DNA from: an uncultured Acidobacteriota bacterium
Lineage (GTDB): Bacteria; Acidobacteriota; Thermoanaerobaculia; Multivoradales; SZUA-115
Length of the DNA stretch: 64,000 nt
Reading direction: 5' to 3'
NCBI GenBank assembly: GCA_963805975.1
Contig: CAWDVR010000001.1
Location: 800,001 to 864,000, forward strand
Shown here: piece after piece, positions 23,999 through 34,130 of the stretch
How positions within the stretch are numbered: position 1 is the stretch's first letter
Layout of the letters: the number at the start of each line of letters is the position of its first letter
Translations under genes and position numbers: made by a program
The notes under the pieces: generated by a model
What the model was told of the DNA's origin: nothing
Seen by the model: the letters and a program-made list of their open reading frames with translations, nothing else
Database searches by the model: none

Positions 23999-25333
23999 AT
24001 GACGGGTGCCCTCCTGGGGCTCGTCCTTGCCGGCTGGGCCGTGGTGCCCGCCACGGTCGAGGCGCCGCCCGGCCTGGCGGCTTTCGAGCAGCTGACCCTG
24101 GACAACGGCCTCCGGGTGCTGCTCGGCACCCCGGCGCGGCCGGTGGAGCTCACCGAGGCCCTGCTCGTGGTCGAAGCGGGAACCCGCTCGCAGGGCTCGG
24201 GTGAGGAAGAGAGCGCCCGTGTGGCCGCCGAGGCCTTCTTGGGCGGCAGGCTGGCCGGCCAGGAAACGACGATCCGGCGCCAGCTCGCACGATCCGGCAT
24301 CACGCTGGACTACACCGTGGGCCGCGAGGTCGCGGTGTTCCGCTTCGCGGCGCCGGAGCGGCAGAGCGGCGCGCTGGTGCGGGCGCTGGCCGGGTTGCTG
24401 CGCCGCGAGAGCCCGGCCCCGGCCGTCTGGGAACAGGCGGTCGAGGCGCGGAAGCTCGCTGCCGCCGCCGAGGAAGCCGATCCCTGGCAGCGTTCGCTCG
24501 AGACGCTCGACGGCCTCCTCTGGCACGAGCCCGAAAGCGATCGCCGAGACGCTGGCGCCGCCCCCGACCTCGCCCGCCTCGAAGCCTTCCGCACCGCAAC
24601 CTACCGGCCGGACCGCATGGTGATCGCCCTGTGGGGCAAGGCCTCGGCGGCCGAGCTCGGCGCGCTGGTACGCGACGAGCTCGCGGCCCTCGCCACGGCG
24701 ACCGGCGGTGCGCCGGAGCCGGAGCCGGCCGAGCCCGAGCTGCGGCCGGCGGGTGGACTCCGTTGCCTGACCGATCCCGCCGCCCAGCCACCGGCCCTGC
24801 TGGTCGGTTTGGGCGCCGAGCTGCCGGACGACCGCGCTTTCTACGGCTGGCAGCTCCTGGCCCACATCCTGGGCGCCAGCCACACCTCGCGCCTCCACGA
24901 GCGCCTGCGGGTGCGCGAGCCCTTCGTCTACACGGTGGAGGCCACCTGCAGCCCGGTGGGCAGCCGCGGGATGACGCTCCGCATCAGTGCCCAGACCGCG
25001 GAGCTGGAGCGCGCTCGCCAGGTGGTGATGGAGGAGCTGCGGCGCCTGGTGAGCGAAGAGGTGTCGCAGCAGGAGCTGGACTTGGCGCGCGCCATCTTCA
25101 GGAGCCGGCTGCTCCTCGACCAGGGCTCGTTCCGCGACCAGTTCTACCGCCGGGCGCTGGCGCTGCTCTCCCCTCGGCCGCCCCGGGACCTGGCGCCCGC
25201 CGCGGTGGAGCTCGACGCGCTGACCCCGGCCTCGCTCCTCGCCATTCTGCGCCGCACGCTGCGGCCGGATCTCGCGACCACAGTCGTCGTCTCCGCCGCG
25301 GCCGAGCCGCTCTGCGAAAGGGCGCCGTCGTGA
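23999..25333 (+). CDS. M16 peptidase-like subunit lacking HxxEH
   Basis: LDNGLRVL, YRPDRMVIAL, ILG..TSRLHERLR M16 features; no zinc motif. Confidence 0.8.
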   Translation: MTGALLGLVLAGWAVVPATVEAPPGLAAFEQLTLDNGLRVLLGTPARPVELTEALLVVEAGTRSQGSGEEESARVAAEAFLGGRLAGQETTIRRQLARSGITLDYTVGREVAVFRFAAPERQSGALVRALAGLLRRESPAPAVWEQAVEARKLAAAAEEADPWQRSLETLDGLLWHEPESDRRDAGAAPDLARLEAFRTATYRPDRMVIALWGKASAAELGALVRDELAALATATGGAPEPEPAEPELRPAGGLRCLTDPAAQPPALLVGLGAELPDDRAFYGWQLLAHILGASHTSRLHERLRVREPFVYTVEATCSPVGSRGMTLRISAQTAELERARQVVMEELRRLVSEEVSQQELDLARAIFRSRLLLDQGSFRDQFYRRALALLSPRPPRDLAPAAVELDALTPASLLAILRRTLRPDLATTVVVSAAAEPLCERAPS

Positions 25334-26436
25334 GCCCGGCGGTACGGCGCCGGCTGGTCTGGAGCGGGCTGATCTGGGGCCGGCTGGCTTGTGGGCTGAG
25401 CCTGGCGCTGGTCGCCGGCTCGTCCTGGTGGGCCGTGGTCGCCGGCGGCGACCCGATGGACCTCGCGTCCGCGCACGCCCTCTTCCGCCTGCCGCCGGTC
25501 GGGGCGCCGGAGGAGAACCCGATCACCGAGGCCAAGGTGAAGCTGGGGAGGAAGCTTTTCTTCGATCCCGGCCTGTCGGCCGACGGCTCGGTGAGCTGCG
25601 CCTCCTGCCACCGGCCGGAACGCTTCTTCGCCGACGACCGGCCGCTCTCCTTCGGCATCGGCCACGCGGCCGGCGACCGCAACGTGCCGACGCTGCTCAA
25701 CGCGGTCTACTCTTCGAGCCTGATGTGGGACGGCCGCTCGACCAGCCTCGAGGACCAGGTCCGCTATCCGGTCACCCACCCGAACGAGATGAGCATGACG
25801 CCGGAGAAGGTCGAGGACTACCTCGCGGCGAGCCCGGAGTACACGGCGCTCTTCCAGGAGGCCTTCGACGAGGACTGGATCGGCTGGGAGCAGATCTGCC
25901 AGGCGCTCGCCGCCTTCGAGCGCACGCTCCTCTCCGGCAACGCGCCCTTCGACCGCTTCCTGGCCGGGGATGCCGGCGCCGTGCCGCCGGCGGCGCGCCG
26001 CGGCTGGGAGCTGTTCCGCGGCAAGGCGGGCTGCGTGAGCTGCCATCACCACAGCGCCGAGCAGCCGTTCTTCACCGACTTCGAGTTCCACAACGCGGGC
26101 GTGGGCTGGTCGGCGGAGAAGCCGGACCTCGGCCGCTACCAGATCTCCAAGGCGCGCGAGGACAAGGGTGCCTTCCGGACCCCCAGCCTGCGCAACGTGG
26201 CGATGACCGCGCCCTACATGCACGACGGCAGCCTGCCGGACCTGGCGGCGGTCCTCGAGCACTACGTCAAGGGAGGGGAGCCCAACCCCCTCCTCGACCT
26301 CCGCATCCGCCCGCTGGACCTGAGCGCGGGAGAGAAGCTGGACCTGATCGCGTTCCTGGAGTCGCTGACCGGCGAGATGAGCTACACGCCCGACCCGACG
26401 ATGGTCACGGCGAGCCGGGGCGCTCCCGACCCCTGA
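25330..26436 (+). CDS. Di-heme cytochrome c peroxidase family enzyme (MauG/MbnH-type)
   Basis: CASCH and CVSCH, LMWDGR, FRTPSLRNVAMTAPYMHDG with Tyr 14 residues after the His; GTG start overlaps the upstream stop. Confidence 0.9.
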   Translation: MSPAVRRRLVWSGLIWGRLACGLSLALVAGSSWWAVVAGGDPMDLASAHALFRLPPVGAPEENPITEAKVKLGRKLFFDPGLSADGSVSCASCHRPERFFADDRPLSFGIGHAAGDRNVPTLLNAVYSSSLMWDGRSTSLEDQVRYPVTHPNEMSMTPEKVEDYLAASPEYTALFQEAFDEDWIGWEQICQALAAFERTLLSGNAPFDRFLAGDAGAVPPAARRGWELFRGKAGCVSCHHHSAEQPFFTDFEFHNAGVGWSAEKPDLGRYQISKAREDKGAFRTPSLRNVAMTAPYMHDGSLPDLAAVLEHYVKGGEPNPLLDLRIRPLDLSAGEKLDLIAFLESLTGEMSYTPDPTMVTASRGAPDP

Positions 26437-26443
26437 GGAGAGG

Positions 26444-28441
26444 ATGATGCGCAGCCGACGGACGTTCTCCTTCCTTGTCTTGCCCGTGCTCTCGTTGCTG
26501 GGGGCGACGGCGCTCCTCGCCTGGGGCGAGAGCCAGGGCAGCGGCCGGCTGCGGGTCCCCGTCTACACCGCGGGCGGCCGGGTCGAGCTGGTCGCTGGCG
26601 CCGGCAACGTGCGCGACGGCGGCAAGGCGATCGAGGCCGTGATCACCGGCGTCGCCGGCCTGGCCGCGGACCGGGAAGGCAACCTCTACTTCAGCGACTC
26701 CGGCCACGGCCGTGTGCGCAAGATCGACGCGCGGACGGGCACCATCTCGACCGTCGCCGGCAACGGCCTGCTGATCAGCGAGGAGAGCTCGCTCCTCGCC
26801 ACCGAGCAGGCGCTGCGCACTCCCGGGCCGCTCGCCCTGGACGCCGAGAAGGGCCTGCTCTACGTGGGCGAGGTGGCCGGCCGCCGGGTACAGAGGATCG
26901 ATCTCGCGAGCGGCACCGCCCAGGAGCTGCCGGTGCCGGAGGGCGGCGGCTTCGGCAAGATCAGCGGCCTGGTCTGGACCCCGACCGGCCTGGTGGTGGC
27001 CGACGCCGAGCGCGGCCAGATCCTGAAGCTGGTCCGCAGCCTGTGGATCGACATGCTGCCGGCGGGCGCGGAGCTCAGGGGAGGCATCCGCTCCCTGGCG
27101 CGCGACGGCGTGGGCCACCTCTACCTGAGCGAGCCCGAGGGCCACCGCGTGCTCAAGCTCGACACCAACAGCGGCCAGCTCACCCCCTACCTGGGCACCG
27201 GCCAGGCCGGCAAGGGAAGCGGCGGCGGGCCCGCGGCGGCCACCGCGATCACCGCGCCGGACGGCCTGGCGTTCGACGCCGCAGGCAACCTGCTGGTGGC
27301 GGACCTCGGCAACCAGCGCATCCTCGAGGTGAACGGGCAGACCGGGGAGGCGACGGTCCGCCATCAGTCGACCGCCGCCAAGGGCAGCATCCTCGAATGG
27401 AGCCCCGGTTCGCTGGCGCTCGACGGCCAGGGCAACCTGTGGCTGGGCGACGTGCACCGGGACCGCGTGCTGCGCTTCGTCGTCGGCGCCACCCAGCCGG
27501 ACGTGATCGCCGGCGGTGCCGGCCTCGGCGACGGCGGCCCGGCCACCGCGGCCCATCTCGCCCAGCCCGGAAGCGTGGTGGCGGACCGCCGGGGCAACGT
27601 CTACATCTCGGACACGCTGCACCACCGGGTGCGGGTGGTCGAGGCCGAGAGCGGCAGCATCCGCACGCTGGTCGGCACCGGCAGCCCCGGCTTCAACGGC
27701 GACGGACTTCCCGGCGCCGAGACCCGGCTCGCCTACCCGGCGCAGCTCCAGCTCGACGAGGCGGGCCGGCTCTACATCGGCGACGACCACAACCATCGCG
27801 TGCGGCTCTACGACCCGGCCACGGACAAGGTCTCGACCCTGGCCGGGAACGGGGAGGTGGGGGAGGCGGGGGACGGCGGCCCGGCCAAGGACGCGTCGCT
27901 CTCCCACCCGTATGGCATCTACCTCGACGGGCCCGACACGCTGGTGGTGGCGAGCGCCGTGAGCTCGACGCTGCGGCGCATCGACCTGCGCAGCGGCCGC
28001 ATCTGGCACGTGCCGCTCCAGGACCCGACCGTGCCGGCGGACCGGGTGATCCAGGGCCTCGGCCGCTGGGACGGCATGCTGCTGCTGGCCATGCCGCGGC
28101 CGTCGCCCGGCTCGATCGACCTGCTGAGCAGGACCGGCAAGCTGACCCGCCTGTTCTCGGCACCGGACGTCGAGTCCCCCTACGGTGCCGCGGTCTCGCC
28201 GGAGGAAGAGCTCTTCGTCTGCGACACGGGCCGCAACCAGGTGCTGCGGTGGACGGGCCGGACGATGGAGGTGGTGGCGGAAGGCCTCGGCCAGCCGCGC
28301 GCCATCAGCTTCGATCCCCGGGGCAACCTGCTGGTGGCCGACACTCTCCACAACCGCGTGCTGCGCATCCTCCTGCACGAGCCGCCGGGCGTGCTGGCCT
28401 CCAACCCGCCGGCCACCTTCGCCTCGCCCAGCACGGTCTGA
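26444..28441 (+). CDS. Secreted NHL-repeat beta-propeller protein
   Basis: GAGGAGAGG RBS, signal peptide, repeated GNLY/ADxxNHRVR/GDGGPA motifs. Confidence 0.88.
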   Translation: MMRSRRTFSFLVLPVLSLLGATALLAWGESQGSGRLRVPVYTAGGRVELVAGAGNVRDGGKAIEAVITGVAGLAADREGNLYFSDSGHGRVRKIDARTGTISTVAGNGLLISEESSLLATEQALRTPGPLALDAEKGLLYVGEVAGRRVQRIDLASGTAQELPVPEGGGFGKISGLVWTPTGLVVADAERGQILKLVRSLWIDMLPAGAELRGGIRSLARDGVGHLYLSEPEGHRVLKLDTNSGQLTPYLGTGQAGKGSGGGPAAATAITAPDGLAFDAAGNLLVADLGNQRILEVNGQTGEATVRHQSTAAKGSILEWSPGSLALDGQGNLWLGDVHRDRVLRFVVGATQPDVIAGGAGLGDGGPATAAHLAQPGSVVADRRGNVYISDTLHHRVRVVEAESGSIRTLVGTGSPGFNGDGLPGAETRLAYPAQLQLDEAGRLYIGDDHNHRVRLYDPATDKVSTLAGNGEVGEAGDGGPAKDASLSHPYGIYLDGPDTLVVASAVSSTLRRIDLRSGRIWHVPLQDPTVPADRVIQGLGRWDGMLLLAMPRPSPGSIDLLSRTGKLTRLFSAPDVESPYGAAVSPEEELFVCDTGRNQVLRWTGRTMEVVAEGLGQPRAISFDPRGNLLVADTLHNRVLRILLHEPPGVLASNPPATFASPSTV

Positions 28442-28473
28442 GACCGCCGCCGCCCCAGCCGCCCCCGCCGACC

Positions 28474-30831
28474 ATGCGCCTGCGCCGCGCCATCCGTTTC
28501 ACGCTCGAGCACCCCCGCGCCACGGTCGCCGCGTTCCTGCTGCTCTCCGCCGGCTGGCTGCCGTTCGTCGCCGGGCTGCGGCTCGAGACCGACGGCCGCG
28601 ACCTCTTCTCGCCGCGCGACCCCGCCATCCGCTGGCAGGACGAGGTGGACCGGGAGTACGCCAGCTCGGACTTCCTGGTGGTGGGCCTCGAGGCCCTGCC
28701 GGGCCACGAGCTGTGGGCGCCGGCACCGCTCAATGCCGTGCTGCGCCTGTCGCAGCGGCTGGCGGCGCTGCCGGGCGTCGAAGGCGAGGATCTGCGCAGC
28801 CTGGCCACCGAGTTCTCTCCCGAGTGGATCGACGGCGCCCTGCACCTCGCGCCGCCGATCCGCGAGACGGTGCGCGATCCGGCGCAGGTGGAGGCGGTGC
28901 GCCGCGCCGCCCTCCGCGAGCCGCTCTTCGCACGCGTGCTCCTGGCGGCAGACGGACGCGGCACGGCGATCTACCTGCCGCTGGCGCTCGACGCCGACCG
29001 CCGCGCGCTCTACCATCAGGTCGAGGCGCTGCTCGCCGAAGCGTGGCAGGCCGACCCGGCGCTCGCGAGCGGCTACCGCTTCCATCTCCTCGGCCCGGCC
29101 GCCGCCGAGTCGCTGCTCGGCGAGCACGTGCTCACCGATCTCGGGCGCCTCCTGCCGCTGGCCTTCCTGGTGGTCGCGGCCACGCTCTGGCTCTGGTTCC
29201 GGCAGGGCTCGGTGGTCTGTGCCGGGCTGGGGGAGGGCGGCTCGATCGTGCTCTGGACGCTGGGCCTGATGGCGGCGCTGGGCAAGCCCATCTCGCTGGT
29301 CACGGTGGTGATGCCGGTGATCCTCGTCACCTACTGCGTGGCGGACACCATCCACCTCGCGCAGCACTTCAGCGCCCGCTGCGCCGCGAGCGCCGACCGC
29401 TCCTTCGCCGGCCGGGTCGAGGCCATGGACCGCACGCTCGACGAGGTGCTCTCCCCGGTGACCTTCACCTCGCTGACCACCGCCGTCGGCTTCTTCGCGA
29501 TCGCCGTCAGCCCCATCCCGCCGCTACGGGACTTCGGGCTGTTCTCCGGCCTCGGCGTGCTGATCGCGCTCGCCGTGTCGGTGTTCGTGGTGCCCGCGTC
29601 GCTCCTCGCCGGCGGCTTCGGCCGCCGCGCGGCCGGGGTCTCCGGCGACGGCTCCCCCCGCTTCGGGCGCCAGCTCGCTGCGCTCTCCACCGCCGCCGCC
29701 CGCGCGCCGTGGACGGTGGTGGCGGCGACGGCCTTGCTCACCACCGTGCTCGGCCTGGGAGCCCTGAAGCTCGAGATCCAGGACAGTTGGCTCCAGAACT
29801 TCAGCGCCAGAAGCCCGCTGGTACGCTCCGACGAGTGGTTCAACCGCGGCTTCTTCGGTAGCAACGTGGTCAACGCCGTGCTCACGCCGCCGCTGGGCAC
29901 GGTGCACGACCCGGCCTTCCTGGCGGAGGTTAAGCGCCTGCAACGCGAGCTCGGCGAGCTGGGCGAGGTGGGGGGAAGCCTCTCCCTTGCGGACTCGCTC
30001 GAAGCCGTGGCGCGGAGCCTCGAAGGCGCCTCGCGGCTGCCCCGGGACCGCCGCGAGAGCGAGGGCTGGGCCATGCTCTACCGCATGGCCGGAGGTAGCA
30101 ACAGCCTGGACTCCTACGTCGACCCCGGAGAGTCTTCGACCAACCTGTGGGTCTTCCTCAACCAGGCCGACTACCGGCGCACGGCGGCGGTGGTGGCGGC
30201 CCTCTCGCGCTTTGACTGGCGCCTCGCGGGCGAGGCCCGGCCGGAGGTCCGGCTCGCCGGCGATGCCTACCTGAGCTACCGCCTGGTCGACTCCATCGCC
30301 CGCAGCCAGCGGCGCAGCGCCTTCGCCGCCCTGCTGATGACCTTCCTCACGGTGCTGTGGATGCTCCGCTCGACCGCGACCTCGATGCTGGCGGTGGTGC
30401 CGGTCGCCCTCTCGGTGATCTGGAACTTCGGGTTCATGGGCTGGAGCGGCCTGCCGCTCGGGGTGGCCACCTCGACCTTCTGCGCCATCGCCTTCGGCAT
30501 CGGCGTCGACTTCGCACTGCACTGGATCGCCCGCCTGCGGCTCGGTCTCGAGCGGGGCCTCGGCTGGGAGGAGGCGATCCGCTTCACCGGCCGGACGACC
30601 GGCGGCGCCATGCTGCTCCAGGGCCTGGTCCTGGTGCTGGGCTTCGGCGTGCTCCTGCTCTCGGAGGCGCCGCCCAACCGCGCGCTGGCGCTGGTGCTGA
30701 CGGTGAACCTCGCGGCCTGCCTCGGCGCGAGCCTGCTGCTGCTGCCGGCCATGGCCACGCTCCTGGCGCGGCGGCTGGGCCTCGCCGGCGTCTCGGCGCG
30801 CTTGGTGGGCTCGGCGGAGGCCCCGGTTTGA
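28474..30831 (+). CDS. MMPL/RND family transporter
   Basis: Two-fold TM architecture; VADTIH and GIGVDFALH motifs, PIPPLRDFG. Confidence 0.88.
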   Translation: MRLRRAIRFTLEHPRATVAAFLLLSAGWLPFVAGLRLETDGRDLFSPRDPAIRWQDEVDREYASSDFLVVGLEALPGHELWAPAPLNAVLRLSQRLAALPGVEGEDLRSLATEFSPEWIDGALHLAPPIRETVRDPAQVEAVRRAALREPLFARVLLAADGRGTAIYLPLALDADRRALYHQVEALLAEAWQADPALASGYRFHLLGPAAAESLLGEHVLTDLGRLLPLAFLVVAATLWLWFRQGSVVCAGLGEGGSIVLWTLGLMAALGKPISLVTVVMPVILVTYCVADTIHLAQHFSARCAASADRSFAGRVEAMDRTLDEVLSPVTFTSLTTAVGFFAIAVSPIPPLRDFGLFSGLGVLIALAVSVFVVPASLLAGGFGRRAAGVSGDGSPRFGRQLAALSTAAARAPWTVVAATALLTTVLGLGALKLEIQDSWLQNFSARSPLVRSDEWFNRGFFGSNVVNAVLTPPLGTVHDPAFLAEVKRLQRELGELGEVGGSLSLADSLEAVARSLEGASRLPRDRRESEGWAMLYRMAGGSNSLDSYVDPGESSTNLWVFLNQADYRRTAAVVAALSRFDWRLAGEARPEVRLAGDAYLSYRLVDSIARSQRRSAFAALLMTFLTVLWMLRSTATSMLAVVPVALSVIWNFGFMGWSGLPLGVATSTFCAIAFGIGVDFALHWIARLRLGLERGLGWEEAIRFTGRTTGGAMLLQGLVLVLGFGVLLLSEAPPNRALALVLTVNLAACLGASLLLLPAMATLLARRLGLAGVSARLVGSAEAPV

Positions 30832-31628
30832 GAGGCACTCTCCGTTCGGGTCTCGCTCTCCTGCTTCTGGGCGCCCTGCTTCGTGGTGGGCTGGCGCTCG
30901 CCGGCGCGCCCCCCGCGGCCGAGCCCGCCGATGGCCTCGAGATCATGCGGCGGGTCAACGCGCGGACCCGGGGCCAGGCGGCGAGCCTGCGCCTGGAGAT
31001 GATCCTGCGCGACGAGAAGCGGGGCGAGTTCAAGAAGCACATCGACGGCCTCCGGCGGCTCTACCCCGACGGCTATCGCACCAGCTACGTCATCACCGCG
31101 CCCGATCACGAGCAGGGGATCGGCCTGCTGCTCTCCGAGGACCCGGCGCAGCGCGGGATGTGGATGTACTTCCCCGCCAACCGCCAGCTCCTGCACGTGG
31201 CCAGCCGCGGGCTCTCGGCGCTCGCCAGCGACTTCAGTTGCGAGGACCTGCTGGTGAGCGTGCCGCTCGCGGACTACGAGTTCCGCCTGCTCGAGCGCAC
31301 CACCCTCGACGGCCGCCCGGTCTCCAAGGTGGAGATGAAGCCCGCCACCGAGCGCCTGCGGCTGGAGCTGGGGTTCTCGCGCGCCATCGGCTGGGTGCGC
31401 GAGGACATCTGGCTGATCGCCCGCGCCGAGTACGAGGACCAGGCCGGCCAGGTCTTCAAGACCTTCCTCGCCGACGATGTGCGGCTGGTGGACGGCGTGT
31501 GGACCGTGCAGCGGTTCTCGATGCGCAATCTGCGCGCCCGCCACGCGACCGAGGTCACGGTGACCGAGATCGACTACTCGGCCAAGCCGCCCGCGGAGCG
31601 CTTCGCGCCCGCCACGTTCCACGAGTAG
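30828..31628 (+). CDS. LolA-like outer-membrane lipoprotein-sorting protein
   Basis: TTG start overlapping the MMPL stop; signal; WMYFPA, SDFSCEDL, EYED..GQVFKT, DGVWT motifs typical of MMPL-associated LolA-like proteins. Confidence 0.8.
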   Translation: MRGTLRSGLALLLLGALLRGGLALAGAPPAAEPADGLEIMRRVNARTRGQAASLRLEMILRDEKRGEFKKHIDGLRRLYPDGYRTSYVITAPDHEQGIGLLLSEDPAQRGMWMYFPANRQLLHVASRGLSALASDFSCEDLLVSVPLADYEFRLLERTTLDGRPVSKVEMKPATERLRLELGFSRAIGWVREDIWLIARAEYEDQAGQVFKTFLADDVRLVDGVWTVQRFSMRNLRARHATEVTVTEIDYSAKPPAERFAPATFHE

Positions 31629-31647
31629 GGAGCTGCGCTGCCCGCCG

Positions 31648-33843
31648 CTACAGCGGCAGCTTCACGGCGCGCAGCCGGCGATTCAGGCTGTCCGTGATGT
31701 AGAGGAAGCCGTCGTGGCTGAAGGCCAGGCCCCGCGGCAGGTTGAGCTGGGCCGCTCGCGCGGGCCCGCCGTCGCCGGCGTAACCGCGCACCCCGTTGCC
31801 GACCACGGTCTCGATCTGGTGGGACGCGGCGAGGATGCGGCGTACGGAGTGGTTGTTGGTGTCGGCGAAGTAGAGGTTTCCCTCGCCGTCGAAGAGCAGG
31901 CTGTCCGGGTGGCTCAGCTCGGCCTGCTCCGCCGGCCCGCCGTCGCCGGCGTAGCCCCGCACGCCGGTGCCGGCGAAGGTTCTGATCCGGCCCCCGGCGT
32001 CGATCCACCGGATGCGGTGGTTGAGCCGATCGGCGAAGTAGAGGCCGCCGGCCTGGTCGAAGGCGATCGAGGTCGGCCCCTGGAGGCGGGCGTCGCGCGC
32101 GGGCCCGCCGTCGCCGCCGAACCCGGCCTCGCCAGTGCCGGCCACGGTCGAGAGGCGGCCCTGCGCATCCACCTTGCGGAGCGAGTGGTCCGCCTCGCAG
32201 GAGATGTAGATCTCCCCGGTCCCCGGATGGCGGGCGGCGCGCAACGGCCCGGCCAGGCGCGTCGCGGTCGCCGCCCGGCCCTCCGCGAACACGGTCGCGC
32301 CCAGGTCGCCGGCGAAGGTGGCGACCCGCAGGCCGTCGTTGGTCATGCTCACCCGGCGGACCAGGTTCGCCCACTGGTCGGTGATGTAGAAGTTCCAGTC
32401 GCCGTCGAGCAGGATGTCGGTGGGCCGGGAGAGCTCGGCGAGATGCGGCGGCCCGCCGTCACCGCCGCTGCCCGGCGTGCCGGTCCCCATCAGGGTTTCC
32501 ACCACGCGCTCCGCCATCAGGATGCGGCGCACGGCGTGATTGCCGGCATCGGCCAGGAAGACGTTGCCGAAAGCGTCGACGGCCACCGGTCCGAGCTCGG
32601 AGAACTCGGCCTCCTTGAGCGGCACGCGGCTCGGCGCCGCGGCGCCCCCGGCGAAAGTGGTCGCCCGGCCCCCGGCGACCACCAGCACCCGGTGGTTGGC
32701 TTCGTCGGCGAGGTAGATCACGTCGCCGCGGCCGATCGCGACGCTGCCCAGCCGAGCCTCCTCGCGACCGGCGGTGAAGATCACGCGGTCCTCGCCTCCC
32801 CGATCGACCACGTGCAGCGAGCCGTCGAGGCGGTTGGAGTAGACGATCTCCTGCGTCGAGGTGATCCCCAGGCCGGCGATCGAGCCCCCAGCCGCCGGCC
32901 GGCTGGCGGCCACGGTCCCGATCCGGCCGGTCAGCCGGTCGATCTTGCGGATGCGCCCGTTGCCGGAGTCGAGCACGTACACGTTGCCGGTGGCATCGAG
33001 GTCGAGCTCGGTGGGAAAGGAGAGCAGGGCCTCGCGGGCCTGCCCGCCGTCGCCCGCGAGCCCGGCGGCGCCGGTGCCGGCGACGGTGCGGATCTCGCCC
33101 GGCCGCACCTCCACGGCGCAGACCACCACCGGCGAGGTTCCGCGGTTGACCACGCGGACGCGGTGGTTGCCCGAGTCGGCTAGAAAGAGGATGCCGAGGC
33201 CGTCGACGGCGACCCCGGAGGGGTAGTTGAGCTCGGCGTCCACCGCCGCGCCGCCGTCGCCGCTGAAGTGGCCGCGGGCGATCGTCTCGGCGGTGGCCGG
33301 CTCGCTGGGGAGGCTCTCGGGGGCGACCCCGCGCACCCCCAGGCCGGCGACGGTACGCACCCGCTGGCCGTCCGCGGCGACCGCCCGGATGCGATGGTTC
33401 TGGGTGTCGGCGACGAAGATCTCGCCGGTCCGCGGGTCGAGGGCGAGGGCCGACGGCGCGTGGAACGAGGTCTCGAGGCCGGGCCTGCCGTCGCCGTTGA
33501 AGCCGGCGCTCTCGCGTCCGGCCCAGGGCGTCACTGTGGACTCGGTACCGGTACCTTCGGCACCGGTTCCTCCGGGCTCGATGCGGAACACCATCCCGCG
33601 GGAGGTGTCGAGCACGTAGAGGGCGCCGGAGAAGAGGTCGGCGGTCAGCCCGGTGGCACCGTAGAAAGCCAGACCGCCGGCCGCGAGGCTCGCCGGCAGG
33701 GCACGCCCCCCGGCCACGGTGGCGATGATGCCGGGGCGCAGGCTCCGCCACGGCGGGCTGGGCAACGCAGCCAGTTGCAGGAGGCAGAGGAGACAGGCTC
33801 CCAGGAGCAGGCAACGGCCGCGCACCGGGCCTCCTTTCGCCAA
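31648..33843 (-). CDS. Secreted NHL-repeat beta-propeller protein
   Basis: Hydrophobic N-terminus; many GDGGPA and ADxxNHR repeats. Confidence 0.88.
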   Translation of the reverse strand: MAKGGPVRGRCLLLGACLLCLLQLAALPSPPWRSLRPGIIATVAGGRALPASLAAGGLAFYGATGLTADLFSGALYVLDTSRGMVFRIEPGGTGAEGTGTESTVTPWAGRESAGFNGDGRPGLETSFHAPSALALDPRTGEIFVADTQNHRIRAVAADGQRVRTVAGLGVRGVAPESLPSEPATAETIARGHFSGDGGAAVDAELNYPSGVAVDGLGILFLADSGNHRVRVVNRGTSPVVVCAVEVRPGEIRTVAGTGAAGLAGDGGQAREALLSFPTELDLDATGNVYVLDSGNGRIRKIDRLTGRIGTVAASRPAAGGSIAGLGITSTQEIVYSNRLDGSLHVVDRGGEDRVIFTAGREEARLGSVAIGRGDVIYLADEANHRVLVVAGGRATTFAGGAAAPSRVPLKEAEFSELGPVAVDAFGNVFLADAGNHAVRRILMAERVVETLMGTGTPGSGGDGGPPHLAELSRPTDILLDGDWNFYITDQWANLVRRVSMTNDGLRVATFAGDLGATVFAEGRAATATRLAGPLRAARHPGTGEIYISCEADHSLRKVDAQGRLSTVAGTGEAGFGGDGGPARDARLQGPTSIAFDQAGGLYFADRLNHRIRWIDAGGRIRTFAGTGVRGYAGDGGPAEQAELSHPDSLLFDGEGNLYFADTNNHSVRRILAASHQIETVVGNGVRGYAGDGGPARAAQLNLPRGLAFSHDGFLYITDSLNRRLRAVKLPL

Positions 33844-33878
33844 GGCAGGTTTCGAGAAGGTAGCAGGGCCCAGGAGAC

Positions 33879-34005
33879 ATTCTCCGGGCGCGCCTTGCTC
33901 GAGGTCTTATCCGCCCTTGCGCGGGCTCCCCGGACCGTGCGATGCGGCGGTCGAAGCGGCGGCGCAATCCTGGAGGTGACAGTCATGGCCCTCCTTGCAT
34001 ACCTT
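33879..34005. promoter_or_regulatory. Divergent promoter with regulon motif sites 2 (-) and 3 (+)
   Basis: Minus: CGCAA-ggg-CGGATAAGAC (33921-33904), 19 nt, GAGAAT. Plus: CGCAA-tcc-TGGAGGTGAC (33963-33980), 19 nt, TACCTT. Confidence 0.65.
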
Positions 34006-34130
34006 GCTCACTCAGGACGAGTGCTCGAAAAACCGCCGGTGGTGCAGTCGAAGCGTCGGAGGCGACGCACTGTTCGCGAGCGTTGCGCGGAGTGGGCTCC
34101 GCGCGGCGCTGCGGAACGAGGAGGCAATCG

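Noticed and set aside
26434-26446. Possible UGA read-through joining the split di-heme and NHL genes
   Set aside because: The 7-nt gap puts the genes out of frame, and the NHL gene has its own RBS and signal peptide
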